From positions 64,001 to 128,000 of the forward strand of contig CAVPSB010000019.1 in assembly GCA_963708025.1 (NCBI GenBank): a DNA stretch of 64,000 nucleotides, in the 5' to 3' direction. The notes under the pieces are model-generated. The model worked only from the letters and a program-made list of their open reading frames with translations, did no database searches and was not told the DNA's origin. Shown piece after piece: positions 29,022-40,171 of the stretch. Source of the stretch: an uncultured Candidatus Rokubacteria bacterium (GTDB lineage: Bacteria; Methylomirabilota; Methylomirabilia; Rokubacteriales; DASRDR01). Position 1 is the first letter of the stretch, and every line of letters begins with the position of its first letter. A program made the position numbers and the translations under genes.

Positions 29022-29741
29022 ATGCTCGAGGTCCGCGACCTGACGGTCGCCTACGGCGACCTGCGCGTCCTCTGGGGCATCGGCTTCACGGTCGGCGCGG
29101 GCGAGCTGGTGGTGCTCATCGGTCCCAACGGCGCCGGGAAGAGCACGGCGCTCAAGGCGATCGCCGGGCTCATCCCGGTGGAGGCGGGCGAGGTGACCCT
29201 GGAGGGCCGGAGCCTCCTCGGCGAGCCGCCCCACACCCGGATCCGGCGAGGGCTCTCCCTCGTTCCCGAGGGACGCGGCCTGTTCCCCGCCATGACCGTC
29301 GAGGAGAACCTCGAGCTGGGCGGCTTCGCGGTGCCCCCGCCCGGAGGCCTGCGGCCGGCCCTGGAGCGGATCTACGCCCTGTTCCCCATCCTGGCGGCGC
29401 GCCGGCGCCAGCTCGCGGGCACGCTCTCCGGCGGCGAGCAGCAGATGCTGGCGATCGGCACCGGGCTCATCGCGCGGCCCCGGCTCCTGGTGCTCGACGA
29501 GCCCTCTCTCGGGCTCGCGCCCCTCGTCGTGGACCAGCTCTACGACGCCGTCAGCCGGCTCAAGCGGGACGGCCTGACGATCCTCCTCGTGGAGCAGCAG
29601 GTCTTCCTGGCCCTCGGGCTGGCCGACCGCGCCTACGTTCTGGAGACCGGCCGCATCCGCCAGGAGGGGACGGGGGCCGCCCTGCTGGCTGATGCCCACG
29701 TCCAGGAGGCATATCTCGGGGTGGCGCCCGGGCTCGGATGA
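29022..29741 (+). CDS. livF: Branched-chain ABC ATPase
   Basis: GPNGAGKS, VPEGR, LSGGEQQMLAI, DEPSLGLAP. Confidence 0.92.
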   Translation: MLEVRDLTVAYGDLRVLWGIGFTVGAGELVVLIGPNGAGKSTALKAIAGLIPVEAGEVTLEGRSLLGEPPHTRIRRGLSLVPEGRGLFPAMTVEENLELGGFAVPPPGGLRPALERIYALFPILAARRRQLAGTLSGGEQQMLAIGTGLIARPRLLVLDEPSLGLAPLVVDQLYDAVSRLKRDGLTILLVEQQVFLALGLADRAYVLETGRIRQEGTGAALLADAHVQEAYLGVAPGLG

Positions 29742-30631
29742 CGACGCAGACGCTGCTGGATCTGCTGCTGGGCGGCGTCTCCCTGGGCGGCATCTACGCC
29801 CTCGTCGCGTTCGCCCTCTCGCTCTCGCTGGCCACGACCCACGTCCTGAACGTCGCCCACGGCACCTTCATGGTACTGGGGGCCGCGCTGGCGACGCTCG
29901 TCTTCCGCGTGGTCCCGCTTGCCTGGCCCCTGGCGATCCTGACCCTGCTGGTCGGCTTCGCCCTGCTCGGGCTCGCGTTCGAGGCCGCCTTCGTCCGCCC
30001 GTTCGCCGGCCGGTCCCCGGATCAGATCCTGGTGGGCTCCATCCTGGTGACGTTCGGCTTCGCGCTTGCCGTCGAGGCGCTGCTCGGCTACTACTGGGCC
30101 CGCCTCGTGGAGCCCCAGCCGTCCTTCTCGCTGACGTTCCCGCTGGCCCGCGTGAGCTTCCTCGGCGTCGCCGTCTCGGGCACGCGCCTCACGATCCTGG
30201 CGGCGGCGGCCGTGGCCATCGCGGCCTTCCACCTCTTCCTCCGCCGCACGCCGCTGGGCCGGGCGGTGCGGGCCCTCGCCCAGAACTACACGGGGGCGGT
30301 GATCCTCGGCGTGAATCCCCGCGTGGTGTCCCTGACCATCTACCTCTGCGGCATCGTGGCGACCGCCGCCGCCGGCGTGCTCCTGTCCCTCGCCATCCCC
30401 CTCGAGCCGTACTCGGGACTCCGCCTCACCCTGGTGGCCATGACGATCGTCGTGATCGGAGGCGTGGGGAGCCTGCCCGGCGCGCTCGTCGGCGGGGGCC
30501 TCCTCGGCATGGCCGAGGTCGTCACCGCCTACGTGCTGGGCTCGGTGTGGGCGCCGGTGGTGTCGCTCCTCGTCTTTTTCTCGGTCCTGGTGGTTCGCCC
30601 GGAGGGGTTGTGGGGCCGCCGGGCAAGTTGA
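29738..30631 (+). CDS. livH: Branched-chain ABC permease
   Basis: GGIYALVA, NVAHG, LGRAVRALAQN, GGVGSLPG, RPEGLWG. Confidence 0.9.
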   Translation: MTTQTLLDLLLGGVSLGGIYALVAFALSLSLATTHVLNVAHGTFMVLGAALATLVFRVVPLAWPLAILTLLVGFALLGLAFEAAFVRPFAGRSPDQILVGSILVTFGFALAVEALLGYYWARLVEPQPSFSLTFPLARVSFLGVAVSGTRLTILAAAAVAIAAFHLFLRRTPLGRAVRALAQNYTGAVILGVNPRVVSLTIYLCGIVATAAAGVLLSLAIPLEPYSGLRLTLVAMTIVVIGGVGSLPGALVGGGLLGMAEVVTAYVLGSVWAPVVSLLVFFSVLVVRPEGLWGRRAS

Positions 30632-31569
30632 CGTCGGTTCTTGGCGCCCTCGCGCTGGCGGTGGCGCTCCTGATCCCGGTGCTCGGGACCCGGGACCTCG
30701 TCACCGCGACCTTTTTCACCTTCCTCTACGTCATTTTGGCGCTCAACTACGACATCCTGGGCGGCTTCCTCGGCTACATGAGCCTGGGCCAGGGAGCCTT
30801 CTTCGGGCTGGCGGCTTACGCGACGGTGCTCCTGCTCAACAGCGGGCGCCTCGACCCTCTCGGCCGTGCGGACATGCCGGTCGCCGTCCTGCTCGCGACC
30901 GCCCTCACCGCCGTGGTGGCGCTCGGCTTCGCCTATCCATTGTTCCGGCTGAGCGGCGCCTACTTCGCGATGGCCACCTTCGCGATGGTCCTCCTCATCC
31001 GGCAGTTCATCCTGAACCTCCCGGAGGTTACGGGCGGCTCCTACGGCGTCTACGTGAACCCCCGTCACTACCTGGCGCTGCCGGTGGCCTACGGCCTGGC
31101 CCTCGGGCTCCTGCTGGCCTCGATCGCCCTCAACCGCGCCATCGCGCGGAGCCGGATCGGCCTGGCGGTGACCGCCATCCGGGACAGCGAGCTGGCGGCG
31201 TCCACGATCGGGCTCGACGTCTTCCGGGTGAAGCGGCGGATGCTGGTCCTGAGCGCGGTGCCATCGGCGCTCGCCGGCGGGGTCTTCGGCCTCCAGGCCG
31301 GGTACATCGACGTGGACGCGGCCCTCGGGGTGGACAAGACGCTCCTGCCCGTGATCATGGCGCTCATGGGTGGGAGCGGGCGGGTAGCCGGGCCGCTGGT
31401 GGGCGGGCTCCTGGTGCGCGCGATCGACGTGCTCCTCAAGAACTACCTGCACCTGACGGTGCCCGCGCTGGCGGTCTACGGCCTCATCCTGCTCGGGATC
31501 GGGCTCCTGATGCCGGAGGGGATCCTGAACTACGCGGGGCGGCGGCGCCCGGCCGCCCGCCCCGTCTGA
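30628..31569 (+). CDS. livM: Branched-chain ABC permease
   Basis: GYMSLGQGAFFG, YFAMAT, AIRDSELAA, MPEGI; TTG start overlapping the livH stop. Confidence 0.88.
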   Translation: MTSVLGALALAVALLIPVLGTRDLVTATFFTFLYVILALNYDILGGFLGYMSLGQGAFFGLAAYATVLLLNSGRLDPLGRADMPVAVLLATALTAVVALGFAYPLFRLSGAYFAMATFAMVLLIRQFILNLPEVTGGSYGVYVNPRHYLALPVAYGLALGLLLASIALNRAIARSRIGLAVTAIRDSELAASTIGLDVFRVKRRMLVLSAVPSALAGGVFGLQAGYIDVDAALGVDKTLLPVIMALMGGSGRVAGPLVGGLLVRAIDVLLKNYLHLTVPALAVYGLILLGIGLLMPEGILNYAGRRRPAARPV

Positions 31570-31649
31570 CCGCTACGCACCCAATCGCGTCAGCGGAAGA
31601 TCCCGGATTCTTCAGCGCCGCACTTGTGATGCAGGGTGTTCGCGTTTTG

Positions 31650-31844
31650 ATCTCCATAGGTCGGCCGTGGGAGCTTTCGTTCAACATCAAGGATGGCGAC
31701 TCTTTGTTTCTCGCAGCTGAAAGCGAAGGCGAGGCGGCCTCGCTGAAGTGCGAAATTCTGCTCGATGGTGCCAGCGTCACCGCTTCAGAGCCTGGCGGAT
31801 CGGGGTCGGGTGTCGTCTGTACCGCCATTGCTAGCCGTGACTGA
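31650..31844 (+). pseudogene. C-terminal fragment of an MmpS-like beta-sandwich protein
   Basis: PWELSF...LFLAAE...LKCEILLDG...GVVC; lower-GC patch with no credible N-terminus. Confidence 0.4.
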
Positions 31845-31893
31845 TCGCCAGCAGCACGAGAAGGCAGCGCAGATCGACGCGTACGACGGCCGG

Positions 31894-32268
31894 CTAGGGT
31901 GATTCCCCCGTCAGGGCGCAGAGCTCGAGCTGGTGGCCGTCGGGATCCGTGAAGTACACGGACCTCGCGGGCATCCAGGCGTGGACGTGGGGTCCGGTGA
32001 CCGTCACGCCGCGCTCCCGGAGAAGCGCGGTCGATCGCTCCAGATCGGCTTCGACGACGACGAACGCGAGGTGCTGGGTCGGCCAGTCGGTCCGGTCCTC
32101 CTGGAGCACGATCATCCCGGCCTGGCCTCCCGCCCGGAGGAACAGCCACTTCCGCTTCTCGTCGCGCAGGCCCACCGCCAGGCCGAGGACGTCACGGTAG
32201 AAGGCCTCGGCCGTCGGGAGATGCTTCACCCGGATCGCGACCTCGTAGAGACCACGAATCGGGATCAT
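31894..32268 (-). CDS. VOC/glyoxalase family protein
   Basis: EVAIRV...AEAFYRDVLGL, HLAF, SVYFTDPDGHQLEL. Confidence 0.9.
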   Translation of the reverse strand: MIPIRGLYEVAIRVKHLPTAEAFYRDVLGLAVGLRDEKRKWLFLRAGGQAGMIVLQEDRTDWPTQHLAFVVVEADLERSTALLRERGVTVTGPHVHAWMPARSVYFTDPDGHQLELCALTGESP

Positions 32269-32276
32269 CGGACCCG

Positions 32277-33380
32277 TCACCGTGGGCCCCAGACCTTGCG
32301 GGCCGTGTCCACCACCAGCTCCAGCTTGCGCCACTGCTCGTCGTGCGACAGCAGGTTGCCGGCCGCCACCGAGGCGAAGCCGCACTGCGGGCTCAGGGCC
32401 AGGTCCTCCAGCGGCACGTGGCGAGCCGCCTCGTCGATGCGCCGCCGCAGCTCGTCCTGGGGCTCGAGCCGGGGCTCCTTGGTGGTGACCAGGCCCAGCA
32501 CGACCGTCTTGCCCCGCGGCACCAGCCGCAACGGCTCGAACCCGCCCGCGCGCTCGCTGTCGTACTCGAGCAGGAAGGCGTCGACGTCCAGCGTCCCGAA
32601 GAGCCGGTCGGCGACGGCGTCGTAGGCTCCCTCGGTGTACCAGCGGCTCCGGTTGTTCCCGCGGCAGACGTGGAGCGCCCGCGTGAGGCTGCCGCGCCCC
32701 GCGGTCCCGAAGACCGCGTTGTCCCCGGCGATCGCCTCGTCGAGCGCCCGGTCCGGATCGACGCCGGCCTGCCGCATCCGCTCGCGCGCCCGGGGGTCCA
32801 GGTAGTGCGAGTAGTACGGCGCGTCGAGCTGGACGTACGCCACGCCCTCGTCGGCGAGCCACTCGATCTCGTCGCGGACGATCGCCACGAGGTCCGCGAG
32901 CAGCTCGCCGCGGGTCGGGTAGACGCGGTCGGTGACCCCGGCCTTGTAGCTGGACACCAGGAAGTTTGACGGCGCCGGCAGCGTGACCTTGAACGGCCCC
33001 CGCGCGTGCGCTTTCAGAAAGGGCAGCTCGTGGCCCACCAGTCGCCGGAGCTTCCGCAGCCGGGCGCCGGCCACCTGGGCCGTGCTCGCCTCCACGCCGC
33101 CGCCCGGCCCCCGCCACTCGAACGGCACCCGATCGGGGACGAAGCCCTCCACGGCCTCCGCCATGTCGGTGAGCCACGAGCCGCGACGCATCTCGCCGTC
33201 CGTGTCGACGTCGATCCCCACCCGGCGCTGCCGCTCGAGGGCGTCGAGGATGGCGCGGTCCTCCGCCGCGCGCAGCTCATCCAGCGTGAGCCGGCCCTCG
33301 GCGTGAAGGGCCCGGGCCTTCAGCAGTTCGGGCGGCCGCAGCAAGCTGCCCACCTGCTCGGCGCGATACCGGGTGGCCAT
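32277..33380 (-). CDS. Short (catalytic-domain-only) cobalamin-independent methionine synthase-like protein
   Basis: VGSLLRP, TDGEMRR, QLDAP; Zn ligands HVC, E (LLEYD), SPQCGF. Confidence 0.88.
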   Translation of the reverse strand: MATRYRAEQVGSLLRPPELLKARALHAEGRLTLDELRAAEDRAILDALERQRRVGIDVDTDGEMRRGSWLTDMAEAVEGFVPDRVPFEWRGPGGGVEASTAQVAGARLRKLRRLVGHELPFLKAHARGPFKVTLPAPSNFLVSSYKAGVTDRVYPTRGELLADLVAIVRDEIEWLADEGVAYVQLDAPYYSHYLDPRARERMRQAGVDPDRALDEAIAGDNAVFGTAGRGSLTRALHVCRGNNRSRWYTEGAYDAVADRLFGTLDVDAFLLEYDSERAGGFEPLRLVPRGKTVVLGLVTTKEPRLEPQDELRRRIDEAARHVPLEDLALSPQCGFASVAAGNLLSHDEQWRKLELVVDTARKVWGPR

Positions 33381-33444
33381 GGACGCTACCGTAACGAAGC
33401 GGCCGAAGGGGCGTCAAGGGGGCTCATCGGCGGGGCGACCTCGG

Positions 33445-33473
33445 TTGACAGGATGGGATTCTCCCGCTACTAA
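33445..33473 (+). promoter_or_regulatory. sigma70-type promoter, possibly giving a leaderless mRNA
   Basis: TTGACA-N17-TACTAA ending 7 nt before ATG 33481. Confidence 0.45.
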
Positions 33474-33480
33474 AGGGTTC

Positions 33481-34470
33481 ATGCACAAGCTGCCCCTGAC
33501 CCTCGCCATCAGCGACTACGACCAGGTCCGCGACCTGACCTCGGGCGCGATCGCGCCGGAGGGGATCGAGCTGACCTGGCTCAACCTGACGATCGAGGAG
33601 ATCTTCTACCGCTTCGTGAGCTTTCAGGAGTGGCACGTCTCGGAGCTGTCGATGGCCAAGTACGTCTCGCTGGTCTCCCAGGGCGGCGGCTCGCTGGCGG
33701 CCATTCCGGTCTTCCCGTCACGGATCTTCCGGCACTCGGCGATCTACGTCCGTCGCGACGGCGGGCTGCGCGAGCCGACCGACCTCGCCGGCCGCCGGGT
33801 CGGGGTGCCCGAATGGGCGCAGACGGCCGGCATCTACGTCCGGGGAGCCCTGGTGCACCAGTACGGGGTCCGCCTCGAGGACATCGACTGGTACCAGGCC
33901 GGCGTCAACCAGCCGGGCCGCGAGGAGAAGGTCGCTCTCGAGCTGCCGCCGGGCGTGCGGCTCACCTCGGTGCCCGACCGCACCCTCGACGAGATGCTTC
34001 TCTCCGGCGAGCTGGCCGCGATCATCACCGCGCACCCGCCGACGAGCTTCAAGGCCCGGCACCCGGACATCACCCAGCTCTTCCCGGACGTCATCGCGGT
34101 CGAGGAGGCGTACTGGCGGGCCACCGGCATCTTCCCGATCATGCACGTGGTGGCCATCCGGCGGGACGTGCTGGCCGCGCACCCCTGGGTGGCCATGAAC
34201 CTCTACCGGGCGTTCGAGGAGGCGAAGCGTCGGAGCCTCGCCCGGGCCCTCGACTGGAGCGCGCCGCGGTTCCCGGTCCCCTGGGTGAGCGAGCGCGCGG
34301 CGCGGGCCCGCGCGCTGTTCGGCGAGGACTTCTGGCCGTACGGGGTGGACGCCAACCGGCCGACGCTGGAGGCCTTCCTCGGGTTCGCCTACGAGCAGGG
34401 CGTCACCCACCGGCCGGTCGGCGTGGACGAGATGTTCCCGCCCGAGGTGCAGCGCACCTTCCGCGTATAG
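33481..34470 (+). CDS. 4,5-dihydroxyphthalate decarboxylase-like protein (periplasmic-binding-protein fold)
   Basis: LTLAISDYD, ELSMAKY, FPSRIFRHS, VGVPEWAQTA, IFPIMH, DFWPYG. Confidence 0.8.
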   Translation: MHKLPLTLAISDYDQVRDLTSGAIAPEGIELTWLNLTIEEIFYRFVSFQEWHVSELSMAKYVSLVSQGGGSLAAIPVFPSRIFRHSAIYVRRDGGLREPTDLAGRRVGVPEWAQTAGIYVRGALVHQYGVRLEDIDWYQAGVNQPGREEKVALELPPGVRLTSVPDRTLDEMLLSGELAAIITAHPPTSFKARHPDITQLFPDVIAVEEAYWRATGIFPIMHVVAIRRDVLAAHPWVAMNLYRAFEEAKRRSLARALDWSAPRFPVPWVSERAARARALFGEDFWPYGVDANRPTLEAFLGFAYEQGVTHRPVGVDEMFPPEVQRTFRV

Positions 34471-34475
34471 ATCCT

Positions 34476-34542
34476 TCGGGGGGGTCTCGGAAGACCCCCC
34501 CGATTCCCCCCCTCGGTTACGGCGGCGGAGCCGCTGCTCGGA
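34476..34542 (+). repeat. Family D repeat
   Basis: tcggggggg-tctcggaaga-cccccccga, C-tract, ggttacggcggc-gga-gccgctgctcgga; directly after a TAG stop. Confidence 0.75.
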
Positions 34543-34614
34543 CGCTCACGTTGTACGGCCTGCGATTACGGCATACTCGGACGGACTCTTCGGCTAGCTC
34601 GCAGCTTCAAGGCC

Positions 34615-35154
34615 TCACTCGCAGGTGGTGTAGAGGTACCGCCCCGACGGATGCGTCTCGCAGACTATCCGGGGTCGTCGGAGCGGCGGCGGGTAGGCTG
34701 GGTAGCGGGGTTGGAAGCTGTTGACGATGCGGTCCCACAGCGCTTGCTCGGCCTCGGGACTGTCGAGGCCCACCTGGAGCCCGAGGCGCCGGGTCTCCAC
34801 GCTCAGATAAGCCTGGAACTGCTCGATGAAGGACGCCGCCTCCGCCTTCGTCAGCTCGCCGCGGTCCACCCGGCGATAGGCGGCGACGGCGTACGAGTAG
34901 ACCGTGTCCCGAGGCCGGCTCGACCGCCCGTACTTGCGATCGACCTCTCGAACACGCTCCTGACATTCGGCGAACGCGGCAGCCAGCTGGCCGGTCGGGG
35001 CCGCGATCGTCTTGCACCACCGGTTGAACGTCTCGTCACGCTCTTGCTGCCAGAGCTGCGACGAGCTCGGGGCGCAGGCGGCGAGGGACACCGCGACGAG
35101 CCCGATCAGAGGCCACTTCGAGAGCACGGGGATCTTCGTCGCCGCCGCTGGCAT
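34615..35154 (-). CDS. Hypothetical lipoprotein
   Basis: Hydrophobic leader with lipobox LAAC; further Cys pairs. Confidence 0.6.
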   Translation of the reverse strand: MPAAATKIPVLSKWPLIGLVAVSLAACAPSSSQLWQQERDETFNRWCKTIAAPTGQLAAAFAECQERVREVDRKYGRSSRPRDTVYSYAVAAYRRVDRGELTKAEAASFIEQFQAYLSVETRRLGLQVGLDSPEAEQALWDRIVNSFQPRYPAYPPPLRRPRIVCETHPSGRYLYTTCE

Positions 35155-35236
35155 TCCCCGGCGATGCCGGAGGCGTGGGCCCGTCAGGTCGTGGATCTCG
35201 ACATCCGGGACGTCGGGAGTGCCGGCGCGGGTCGAG

Positions 35237-38200
35237 TCATCGCACCTCGAGCTCGGACGGGGCGCCCCGCGGCGGGTCGCCGTCCGCGCCGGGCGTGACG
35301 AGGACGGGTCCGTTGTGTGGACCGCCGGCGCCGTGCAGAGCGACCGCCGCGGCGCCGGGCCGGCCGTCGGCCGGCCGCAGCCCGGCGGCGACCCGCCGGC
35401 CGCCACGCGCCAGTCTCCGCCAGCGGAGCAGCCCGAAGAGGTCATCGAAGAGCATGTAGGCCACCGGCGTGACCAGCAGGGTCAGCAGCAGCGAGAGGGT
35501 CTGGCCGCCGATGACCACCACCGCGATGGCCCGCCGCTCCTCGGCGCCGGGGCCGGTCCCGAGCCAGAGCGGCAGCATGCCCCCGACCAGCGCCAGCGTC
35601 GTCATGAGGATCGGCCGCAGCCGGTTCCGGTTGCCGAGCAGGATGGCGGTGTGCCGGTCGATACCCGGCCGTCCGCAGCGTGTTCATGTGGTCGATCTGG
35701 AGGATCGCGTTCTTCTTGACGACGCCGAACAGGACGAGGATGCCGAGAGCCGAGTAGAGGTTGAGCGTGTTCCCCGTGGACCACAGCGAGAGCAGCGCGA
35801 ACGGCGTCGCCAGCGGGAGCGAGAGCAGGATGGTCAACGGGTGGACGAGGCTCTCGAACTGGGACGCCAGGATCATGTACATGAAGATGACCGCCAGCAT
35901 GAAGACCCACAGGAACTCCACGAACGTCTTCTCGAACTCCCGCGCCCGCCCCGAGACGACCGTGGTGTAGCCGGCGGGGAGGTTCAGCTCGGCGGTGGCC
36001 CGGCGCAGCGCGTCGATCCGGTCGGCCTGCCCGAAGCCGGGGGCGATGACCCCGCGCAGCCGGTTCTCCCGCTGGCGCTCCGAGCGATCGATCCGGGACG
36101 CCGTCTCGGCCGGCGCGATCTTGACGACGTTGTCGAGGCGGACGAGCCCGCCCCCGGGCGCCAGCCCGACCTGGGCGGCGGCGCCGAGCGAGGTGCTCGC
36201 GGCGGTGGAGGAGCGGGAGACGTAGAGCCGCTCGATGGTCCGCGGGTCGCGCCGGTCGGCCTCGCTCAGGCGGAGCTGGACGTCGTAGTCCTCGTTGACG
36301 TACGGGTCGTGGAAGCGGGAGACTTCCTGGTCGCCGCCCACCATCAGCCGCAGGGCGGTGGCGATCTGCTCGGTGTCCACGCGGAGGTCGCCGGCGCGCT
36401 CCCGGTCGATCTGCACCCGCAGCTCGGGCCGGTCCAGGCGGAGCGTCGTGGTGAGGTCGAGCATGCCGCCGATCTGCTGGGCGCGCTGGCGGAGCTGCTC
36501 GCCGTACCGCGCGAGGGCGGCGCAGGTCGGGTCCGCGCAGCACGTAGTCGATGTCGAAGTTGCCGCCGCCGATGTTGAAGCCGGCGATGTTGCGGATGGT
36601 GATGCGCAGGTCGCGGAACTTCCGGAGGCGCTGCCGGACCTCCTGCATCACCTCCCGCTGCGTGTAGTTCCCGCGGAAGGCGGCCAGCGGCTCGCCCCGC
36701 TGGAGCCCGTCCCACAGGCGGGTCAGCGTGACGGTGCGCTCGCCGTGGGGGGCGATCCGCACGTACCCGCCGCCCTGGTTGACGCGCCCGAGGAAGTTGC
36801 CGCCGGCGGTCAGCAGCACCAGCCGCACGCCGGGGACGGCCCGGATCTCCCGGTCCATGGCCTGCACCGCCTCGTCCATGGCCGCCAGGCTCATGCCCTC
36901 CGGGCCCTCGTAGAACATCTCGAACTCGGCCTCGTCCACGTCGGTCGGCACGTACTCCCGCTTGACCATCTGGAAGAGCGGCACCGACGAGGCGATCACG
37001 GCCACCGCGACGACCAGCACGACCACGCGGCCGGTCGGGGTGATCGCGCCCCGGAGCAGCCACGTGTAGAACCGGTCGATCCAGGCGTAGAAGCCCCGGC
37101 GCGAGCGGGCGGCCTCGTGCTCGCCGGCCGCCTCCTCGGCGCGCAGGAGGCGGGCGCTCATCATCGGCGTCAGCGTGAACGAGACCAGGAGGCTCACCAG
37201 GACGGCCACGGCGGCGGTGAGGCCGAACTGGTAGAGGAACCGGCCGGAGACGAGGACATGAAGGACACCGGCACGAAGATGACCACCAGGCGAGAACGTG
37301 GTGGCCATCACCGCGAGGCCGATGTCGGCGGTGGCCTCCCGCGCCGCCTCGAACGGCCCCATCTGCTTCTCCTCGACGAAGCGGAAGATGTTCTCGAGCA
37401 CCACGATGGCGTCGTCGATCACGATGCCGACCATGAGCACCAGGGCCAGCATGGTGACGCTGTTCAGCGTGAAGCCGAGCGCCCACATCATCCCGAAGGT
37501 CGAGATGACCGAGGCCGGGATGGCCACCGCGGCGATCAGCGTCGAGCGCCAGCTGCGCATGAACGCCAGCACCACCAGCGAGGCCAGGATGCTGCCCAGC
37601 ACCAGGTGGAGGTTGATCTCGTGGAGGGCCGCGTAGATGTAGCGCGACTGGTCGCGGATGATCTCCGCCCGCACGTCGGCCGGCAGGGTGAGTCTCAGCC
37701 GGGCCAGGTTCGCCTTGACCGCCTCGATCACCGCCACCGTGTTCTCGCCGGACTGGCGCCGGACCTCGAGGATCACGGTGGGCACGCCGTTCACGCGCAC
37801 CGCCGAGCGCTGCTCCTTGGTGCCGTCCTCGGCGCACCCGATGTCGCGGACGCGGATCGGCGCCCCGTTGATGGTGGCGACCACCAGGTCGTTGAAGGAG
37901 CGCGGGTCGACCACGCGCCCCATCGTCCGCAGCGACTGCTCGCGCGAGCCGGCGGTCACGTTGCCGCCGGGGAGGTCGGCGTTCTGGCGGACGATGGCCT
38001 CGCGGACGGCCGTGATCGGGATCTGGTAGGCGGCCAGCCGGTCGGCCTCGACCCAGATGTTGACGGCGCGCAAGAGGCCCCCGATCAGCCGCACCTCGCC
38101 GACGCCGAGCGCGCGCTCGAGGTCGACCTTCACCTTCTTGTCGGCGATCTCGGTCAGCTCGCGGAGGCTCCGGTTGCCGGACACGCGCCAGCGTCAGGAT

Positions 38201-38614
38201 CGGGGCCTGGTCGTTGTCGAGCTTGGAGATGATCGGGGCCCGGACGTCCCGGGGCAGGTTGCGGACCGCGATGGCGACCTTCTCGCGGACGTCCTGGGCC
38301 GCGGTGTCGACGTGGCCGGCTGAGCGCGAAGGTGACGCTGACGTTGCGGTGCCGGGGCCGGTGAGCGAGCGGAGCTCGTTGATGCCCTGGACGGTGTTGA
38401 CGGCCTCCTCGATCTTCTGGGTGACCTGGGTCTCCATCTCCTCGACGGAGGCGCCGGGGAGCTCGGTGCGGACCGACACGGTCGGCAGGTCGACGGACGG
38501 GAAGCGGTCGACGCCGAGGCGGAAGTAGCTGGCGGTGCCCACCACCACCAGCGCCATGACGATCATCGTGGCGAAGACCGGCCGGCGGATGCAGACCTCG
38601 GCGAGCTTCTGCAC
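35237..38614 (-). CDS. RND efflux permease (AcrB/HAE1 family), multiple frameshifts
   Basis: [69 protein letters not shown] spread over four or more ORFs. Confidence 0.85.
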
Positions 38615-39888
38615 TACTTCTCCAGAGCGACGGGCAGGCCGCCCGTGAGGTTGCCCGGCTGGACGACGACAGGCTCGCCGGCCTTCAGGCCCGGTGAGGA
38701 TCTCGACCCGGTCCCCGAGGCGCCGGCCGGTGGTGACCCGCAGCTCCGCGCTCTTGCCCTCCCGCACGACGAACACCTTCTCCACCCCGGCGAAGGTGAC
38801 GACGGCGGTGGCGGGCACCGTCACCACCCGGTCGTCCTCCCGGACGAGGACCTCCGCCTTCGCGAAGGCGCCGGGCCGCAGCGACCCCCGGTCGGTTGGG
38901 GACCTCGGCCTCGATGAGGAGGGTCCGGTTCTGCTCGGTGATCGCCGGCGACAGGCGCGCGACGGTCCCCGGGTAGACCGTCTGGTCGCCCTCGATGGTG
39001 ATCCGCACCGGCTGCCCGACGCGGACGCTCGTCGACTCGCGCTCCGGCACCGAGAACCGGAGCCGGAGCGGATGCAGCCGCACGAGCGTCACCACCGGCG
39101 CCCCGGCCGCCAGGTACTCGCCCACCGACGCATGGCGCTGGGCCACCGCGCCGTCGATGGGCGAGGCCAGCACGGTGTCGGCGAGCTGCTGGCGCGCGAG
39201 GTCGACCTCGGAGCGCCGCTGGGCCAGGACGGCCCGGCGGTTGTGCACTTCCTCGATCGCGTCCTGGTAGCGTCCCTCGGCCACCTCGTAGGCGGCCACC
39301 GCGGAGTCGACCTGGGACCGCGCCACGAGCTCCTGCTTCCAGAGCTGGGCCGTCCGGTCGCGGTTCAGCCGGGCCTCGTCGAGCACCGCCTTCGCCTGGC
39401 GCACCACCGCGGTCTCGGTCGGGATCCACGCGGTCGTCGGCCCCGTCGGGCGTCATCCCGAGGCGCGCGCGCGCCTGCTGGAGCGCGGCGATCGCCTGGT
39501 CCAGCCGATGCCGGTAGTCGGTCGGGTCGATGCGCGCCACCGGCTGCCCCTTGCGGACCGGGCTGCCGAGGTCAACGGAGATCTCCGACAGCCGGCCCAC
39601 GACCTTGGCGCCGAGCACCATCTGCTCGTCGGCGGCCAGCGTGCCGGTGGCGACCACGGTGCGCGCGACCGAAGCCTCCGTGGCCGGGGCGACGCGAACC
39701 GTGCGCGCGGCGGGCGCCGTGGCGGCGGGTTTCTGGGGCGCGGCCGTGGCCGGGGTCTCGCGCTGGCAGCCGGTCGCCAGCACGCCCGCGGCCGTGAGGC
39801 CACACAGCGCGCGCAGGAGGCTCCCGCGCCCGCCGCCGGGCTTCGGGCGGGGAGTGCTCCGGCGGACCTTGGCTCGAGGATCGATCAC
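38614..39888 (-). CDS. RND periplasmic adaptor (membrane fusion protein), frameshifted
   Basis: Lipobox-like ATGC, VVATGTL, VDLGSPVRKGQ, ASPIDGAV, VGEYL, VPATAV, VTTGRR; start codon uncertain. Confidence 0.82.
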
Positions 39889-40171
39889 GTTACAGGTAAA
39901 GGATAGGCCATCCCGTCCGCCTTCGCCAGCCGAATTCCGCGCGCTCGCCGTCCCGCCATCGGCCCCCCCGGCCATCGGGCCCCCCCTGGTCAGGCGACGC
40001 CGGAGGCACTATGCTCGGGGCGAATCCGGCCCACCGCGGGTACGCACGAGGTGGACACGCGCGGCCTGCTGCAGGGGCGCACGTCGGCCCGCGGAACTCG
40101 CGCGGAGGACCGGAGCGTTCCTCCGACGGAGGCGAGAGCCTCGACGCGCTCGGAGAATGGAGGAGAGGAAA

